This document shows positions 59,743 through 64,000 of a stretch of DNA of 64,000 bases, piece after piece. Made by a program: the position numbers and the translations under genes. Under the pieces are notes generated by a model. It ran no database searches, was not told where the DNA came from, and saw nothing but the letters and a program-made list of their open reading frames with translations. Source of the stretch: an uncultured delta proteobacterium (GTDB lineage: Bacteria; Desulfobacterota; Syntrophia; Syntrophales; UBA2192); the NCBI GenBank assembly GCA_963705165.1, contig CAVPJD010000020.1, positions 12,155 to 76,154 of the forward strand. The letters run 5' to 3'. Each line of letters opens with the position of its first letter. Position 1 is the stretch's first letter.

Positions 59743-61167
59743 ATGGCTTCGACTGAACAGAAAATGACGCGGTTGCAACTGACCGCGATGGTTGTGGGCG
59801 GGATGATCGGCGCGGGCATCTTCTCGCTGCCGCGAACCTTCGCGAATGCCACCGGTCCGATGGGCGCGGTCATCGCCTGGCTCATCGCGGGCACCGGCAT
59901 GTACATGCTGGCGCGGGTGTTTCAGGCGCTGGCCGAACGCAAGCCCGACATCGACGCCGGCGTCTATGCCTACGCCCGGGAAGGCTTCGGCGACTACCCG
60001 GGCTTCCTGTCCGCCTTCGGCTACTGGATCGGCAGTTGCATCGGCAACGTGTCGTACTGGGTGCTCATCAAGTCGACGCTGGGCGCATTCTTCCCCATCT
60101 TCGGCGACGGCAACACGGTGATCGCGATCGGGGTTGCCTCGATCGGCATCTGGCTGTTCCATTTCCTGATCCTGCGCGGCGTGCAGCAGGCTGCCTTCAT
60201 CAACAGCATCGTCACGGTGGCCAAGGTCATTCCGATCCTGGTCTTCCTCGTGATCCTGTTCTTCGCCTTCAAGATGGACCTGTTCCGTTACAATCTCTAC
60301 GGCGGCGACCTGACCGCCGGCCTTTTCGAACAGGTCAGGGCGACGATGCTGGTGACGGTGTTCGTGTTCATCGGCATCGAAGGCGCCAGCGTCTACTCGC
60401 GCTTTGCCAGGGAGCGTGCCGACGTCGGCAAGGCGACGATCCTGGGCTTTATCGGCGTGACGTGCCTGATGGTGCTGGTCACCTTGCTGCCGTACGCGGT
60501 GCTGCAGCGCGCCGACATCGCCGGCATGCGCCAGCCGTCGATGGCGGGGGTGCTCGAGTCGGTGGTCGGTTCGTGGGGAGCGATCTTCGTCAGCGCTGGG
60601 CTGATCGTTTCGGTGCTCGGCGCCTACCTGGCCTGGGCGCTGATCTGCGCTGAAGTGATGTTCGCCGCGGGCAAGTCGAAGGACATGCCGGCGGTGTTCG
60701 CCAGGGTCAACAAGAACCAGGTCCCTGTGGTGGCCCTCTGGACGACCAGCATCATCATCCAGCTCATCGTGATCTCGACCTACTGGTCGCGCGACGCGTT
60801 CTCGCTGATGCTGAACCTGACCAGCGCGACGACGCTGATCCCGTACCTGTTCGTCGCCGCCTACGGCATGATGATCGCCCAGCGCCGTGAAACCTACGAC
60901 GTCCGGCCCGAAGAGCGCCAGCGCGACCTGATCCTGGCCTCGCTTGCGGTGGCGTACACGCTCTTCATGATCTACGCCGGCGGCCTGAAGTTTATCCTGC
61001 TGTCGGCCATCCTGTTTGCGCCGGGAACGCTGCTGTACTTCTGGGCGCGACGCGAGCAGGGCAAGCCCGTGTTCAACAAGACCTCGGATTGGGTCGTTTT
61101 CGGCATCATTGTTGCCGGCGCCATCTACGGCGTCTACGGTCTGGCGACCGGTACCATTTCTATCTAA
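59743..61167 (+). CDS. arcD: Arginine/ornithine antiporter (APC family)
   Basis: Motifs [26 protein letters not shown] and PSMAG; adjacent to arcA. Confidence 0.9.
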   Translation: MASTEQKMTRLQLTAMVVGGMIGAGIFSLPRTFANATGPMGAVIAWLIAGTGMYMLARVFQALAERKPDIDAGVYAYAREGFGDYPGFLSAFGYWIGSCIGNVSYWVLIKSTLGAFFPIFGDGNTVIAIGVASIGIWLFHFLILRGVQQAAFINSIVTVAKVIPILVFLVILFFAFKMDLFRYNLYGGDLTAGLFEQVRATMLVTVFVFIGIEGASVYSRFARERADVGKATILGFIGVTCLMVLVTLLPYAVLQRADIAGMRQPSMAGVLESVVGSWGAIFVSAGLIVSVLGAYLAWALICAEVMFAAGKSKDMPAVFARVNKNQVPVVALWTTSIIIQLIVISTYWSRDAFSLMLNLTSATTLIPYLFVAAYGMMIAQRRETYDVRPEERQRDLILASLAVAYTLFMIYAGGLKFILLSAILFAPGTLLYFWARREQGKPVFNKTSDWVVFGIIVAGAIYGVYGLATGTISI

Positions 61168-61196
61168 CCCACTGCAACCAAACCAAGGAGTTCATC

Positions 61197-62450
61197 ATGG
61201 CAGATACAAGCGAAATCAAGTATGGCGTGCATTCAGAAGTCGGCCAACTGCGCAAGGTGATGGTCTGTTCCCCCGGCCACGCCCACGAGCGCCTCACGCC
61301 GTCCAACTGCGACGCGTTGCTGTTCGACGACGTGCTGTGGGTGGAAAACGCCAAGCGCGACCACTTCGATTTCGTCAGCAAAATGCGCGATCGCGGTGTC
61401 GACGTGGTGGAAATGCACAACATGCTGGCCGAGACGGTGGCCGTGCCCGAAGGCAAGAAGTGGATCCTCGACAACCAGGTCGTGCCGAATCAGGTGGGCC
61501 TGGGCTTCATCGACGAGCTGCGCAGCTACCTCGAAGGCCTGAACAACCGCGATCTTGCCGAGACGCTGATCGGCGGCCTGTCGACCAACGAGTTCCCTGA
61601 ATCGGTCGGCGGCAAGGCGTTCGCGGTTGTCCGTGATGCGGCCGGCGTCACCGAGTACCTGCTGCCGCCGCTGCCGAACACGCTGTACACGCGCGACACC
61701 ACCTGCTGGATCTACGGCGGCGTGACGCTCAACCCGCTGTACTGGCCGGCACGGCACGAGGAAACCGTCCTCACCACCTCGATCTACAAGTTTCACCCCG
61801 ACTTTGCAGGCAAGGTCAACGTCTGGTGGGGCGACCCGACCGAAGACCATGGTCAGGCCACGCTGGAAGGCGGCGACGTGATGCCCATCGGCAAGGGCAA
61901 CGTGCTGATCGGCATGAGCGAGCGCACCTCGCGCCAGGCAATCAGCCAGCTCGCGGCCATGCTGTTCAAGAAGGGCGCGGCCCAGCGCGTGATCGTGGCG
62001 GCGATGCCGAAGATTCGCGCCGCGATGCACCTGGACACGGTGTTCACCTTCGCCGACCGCGACTGCGTGCTGGTCGCGCCGGACTTCATGAACCAGACGC
62101 GCACCTTCTCGTACCGCCCGAGCAGCCACCCCAGCGGCGTCGAGCTGCACGCGGAGAACAAGCCCTTCGTAGACGTGGTGGCCGGGGCGCTGGGCTTGAA
62201 GAAAATGCGCGTGATCGAAGCCGGCGGCACCGACTACCAGCGCGAACGGACGCAATGGGACAGCGGCGCCAACCTGGTCTGTGCGTCGCCCGGCGTGGTC
62301 TTCGCCTACGACCGAAACACCTACACCAACACGCTGCTGCGCAAGGCCGGCATCGAGGTGATCACGATCGTCGGCGCGGAACTCGGGCGCGGCCGCGGGG
62401 GCGGTCATTGCATGACCTGCCCGATCATCCGCGACGCGGTGGACTTCTAA
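61197..62450 (+). CDS. arcA: Arginine deiminase
   Basis: Motifs VHSEVG.L, LLFDD, YTRD, EGGD, MHLDTV and catalytic GGGHCMTCP. Confidence 0.97.
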   Translation: MADTSEIKYGVHSEVGQLRKVMVCSPGHAHERLTPSNCDALLFDDVLWVENAKRDHFDFVSKMRDRGVDVVEMHNMLAETVAVPEGKKWILDNQVVPNQVGLGFIDELRSYLEGLNNRDLAETLIGGLSTNEFPESVGGKAFAVVRDAAGVTEYLLPPLPNTLYTRDTTCWIYGGVTLNPLYWPARHEETVLTTSIYKFHPDFAGKVNVWWGDPTEDHGQATLEGGDVMPIGKGNVLIGMSERTSRQAISQLAAMLFKKGAAQRVIVAAMPKIRAAMHLDTVFTFADRDCVLVAPDFMNQTRTFSYRPSSHPSGVELHAENKPFVDVVAGALGLKKMRVIEAGGTDYQRERTQWDSGANLVCASPGVVFAYDRNTYTNTLLRKAGIEVITIVGAELGRGRGGGHCMTCPIIRDAVDF

Positions 62451-62544
62451 GGCAGGCGGGGCGGTTCCAGCTCACCTCGTGGACATCGCCTTCCAAGTAA
62501 TTCACTGACCACAAAGTCATCCGTGAACGGGAGTCAACGCATGA

Positions 62545-62688
62545 AGTGTACGCACGGCGACGACCAGCGGCGATTTCACGGCCTTCATTTTCGCGAAGAT
62601 GATCCAACCCGAGATCCAGGCGATGACGCAGCTTTCCCTCATCGAGCGGATCAAGAGCGACCCCAGGGTGGGTATCGATGAACAGTAA
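62545..62688 (+). pseudogene. Possible gene remnant between arcA and nhaC
   Basis: Start-less frame ..FTAFIFAKMIQPEIQAMTQLSLIERIKSDPRVGIDEQ* with coding-like third positions; SD plus ATG at 62541 is one base out of frame. Confidence 0.3.
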
Positions 62689-62715
62689 CCCGCGCAAGCC
62701 AAGGCGCCAACACGC

Positions 62716-64000
62716 ATGAAAAGACCCGACTCACCGCAGCCGCTCACGCTGGCAGAGGCGATCATCCCGGTCGTCTGCCTCATCTTGCTGGTCGGGTTGT
62801 CGTACTTCCTGTTCGGCGACGCCGGCGCGGTCGGGCCGAACCAGGTCGCGCTCGTCGTCGCGACGATGATCGCGGTGTTCATCGGCTGGCGCCGCGGCCA
62901 CTCGCCCGCAAGCCTCGGCAAGGCCGCGTCGGACAGCGTCGCCACGGGCATCGGCGCGATCTTCATCCTGTTCGCCGTTGGCGGGCTGATCGGCACCTGG
63001 GCGCTCAGCGGCACGCTGGTGGCAATGGTGTACTACGGGCTGCAATTGCTCAGCCCGAACTACTTCTTCGTCACCGCCTGCGCGATCTGCGGCATCGTCT
63101 CGGCCAGTATCGGAAGTTCATGGACTGTCGTCGGAACGATCGGCGTCGGCTTCATGGGCATTGCCCTCAGCATGGAGCTCAACCCGGCCATCGCCGCCGG
63201 TGCGGTGATCTCGGGCGCCTATTTCGGCGACAAGTCTTCGCCGCTATCCGACTCGGCCAATCTTGCAGCAGCAGCAGCCGGCGTCGATCTCTACCAGCAT
63301 ATCCGCGAGACGCTGCTGACCTCGGCGGTGGCGCTGGCGATCTCTCTCGCGGTGTTCTTCGCACTGGGTCAACCCGGCGACTTCGACGCGACGGACAAGA
63401 TGGCGGCAATACAGCGCGCGTTCCAGATCTCGCCGGTACTGTTCCTGCCGCTCGCGGTAGTCATCGTGCTCGCCTTGTTCAAGTTCCCGCCTTTCGCGGC
63501 GATCTTCCTGGGCGCCATCGCGGGGGGCGTGCTCGCTGTGTTCGTGGCGCCCGGGCGCGTGATCGCGTTTGCCGACGCGGGCGAGCTGCCGGCGTGGCTC
63601 GCGCTGCTCAAGGGGGTTTGGCTCGCCCTGGCGAGCGGGTACAAGTCGACAACGGGCTTCGCGCCGATGGACATGCTGGCGACCCGAGGCGGCATGGACA
63701 GCATGCTGAACACGATCTGGCTCATTGTCACCGCGCTCGCGTTCGGCGGCGTGGTCGAGAAGGCAGGCGTGATCGACCGGCTGATCTCGCCGATCATCGA
63801 GAAGGCGAAATCCGACGGCGCCCTGGTCGCCTCGCTCGCGTCCTCGATCATCGCTACCAACATAATCACCGCCGACCAGTACATCGCGATCGTGCTGCCG
63901 GGACGGATGTTCAAGACTGCATTCGAGAAGCGCGGGCTCGCGCCCGTGGTGCTCTCGCGCGCTGTGGGCGACACCGCGACACCCACCTCGGCATTGATCC
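62716..64000 (+). CDS. nhaC: NhaC-family antiporter, 3'-truncated by the window edge
   Basis: Own translation (absent from the ORF track because no stop is reached): LIGTW..SGT, GSSWT..GT.G, ISGAYFGDK.SPLSD, RGG and DQY. Confidence 0.93.
   Translation, partial: MKRPDSPQPLTLAEAIIPVVCLILLVGLSYFLFGDAGAVGPNQVALVVATMIAVFIGWRRGHSPASLGKAASDSVATGIGAIFILFAVGGLIGTWALSGTLVAMVYYGLQLLSPNYFFVTACAICGIVSASIGSSWTVVGTIGVGFMGIALSMELNPAIAAGAVISGAYFGDKSSPLSDSANLAAAAAGVDLYQHIRETLLTSAVALAISLAVFFALGQPGDFDATDKMAAIQRAFQISPVLFLPLAVVIVLALFKFPPFAAIFLGAIAGGVLAVFVAPGRVIAFADAGELPAWLALLKGVWLALASGYKSTTGFAPMDMLATRGGMDSMLNTIWLIVTALAFGGVVEKAGVIDRLISPIIEKAKSDGALVASLASSIIATNIITADQYIAIVLPGRMFKTAFEKRGLAPVVLSRAVGDTATPTSALI

Overview
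Chromosomal window from a GC-rich anaerobic bacterium. Gene content and intergenic repeat style suggest a syntrophic Deltaproteobacterium (Desulfobacterota); this is an inference. From left to right: the 3' part of a divergent class III ribonucleotide reductase; gmhA-grpE-dnaK; surE; USP and MORN-repeat genes; an Fe-S protein gene behind a riboswitch-like leader; hrpA; an orphan groEL with an acidic tail; a DUF6178-like gene; and a MoxR/VWA pair. Next comes the most interesting block (about 24.2-32.0 kb). It has an HTH-PBP regulator with a 10-bp-phased operator, two different TupA-type binding proteins, TupBC, a truncated TiaS-like enzyme, an 82-aa unknown protein and a single-subunit molybdenum-storage (MoSto) homolog. 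I read it as a candidate tungstate uptake-and-storage system. After that come a P460-fold cytochrome, an RNA helicase/RRM cluster, hydrolases and oxidoreductases, a sigma54-driven pilin-like small gene between direct repeats, pckA, vapBC and recQ. From about 57.4 kb there is a foreign-looking block: a truncated efflux outer-membrane gene, a TPR beta-barrel, arcD, arcA and nhaC. I found no rRNA, tRNA, CRISPR array, integrase or transposase. All family calls come from recognised motifs, not database searches.
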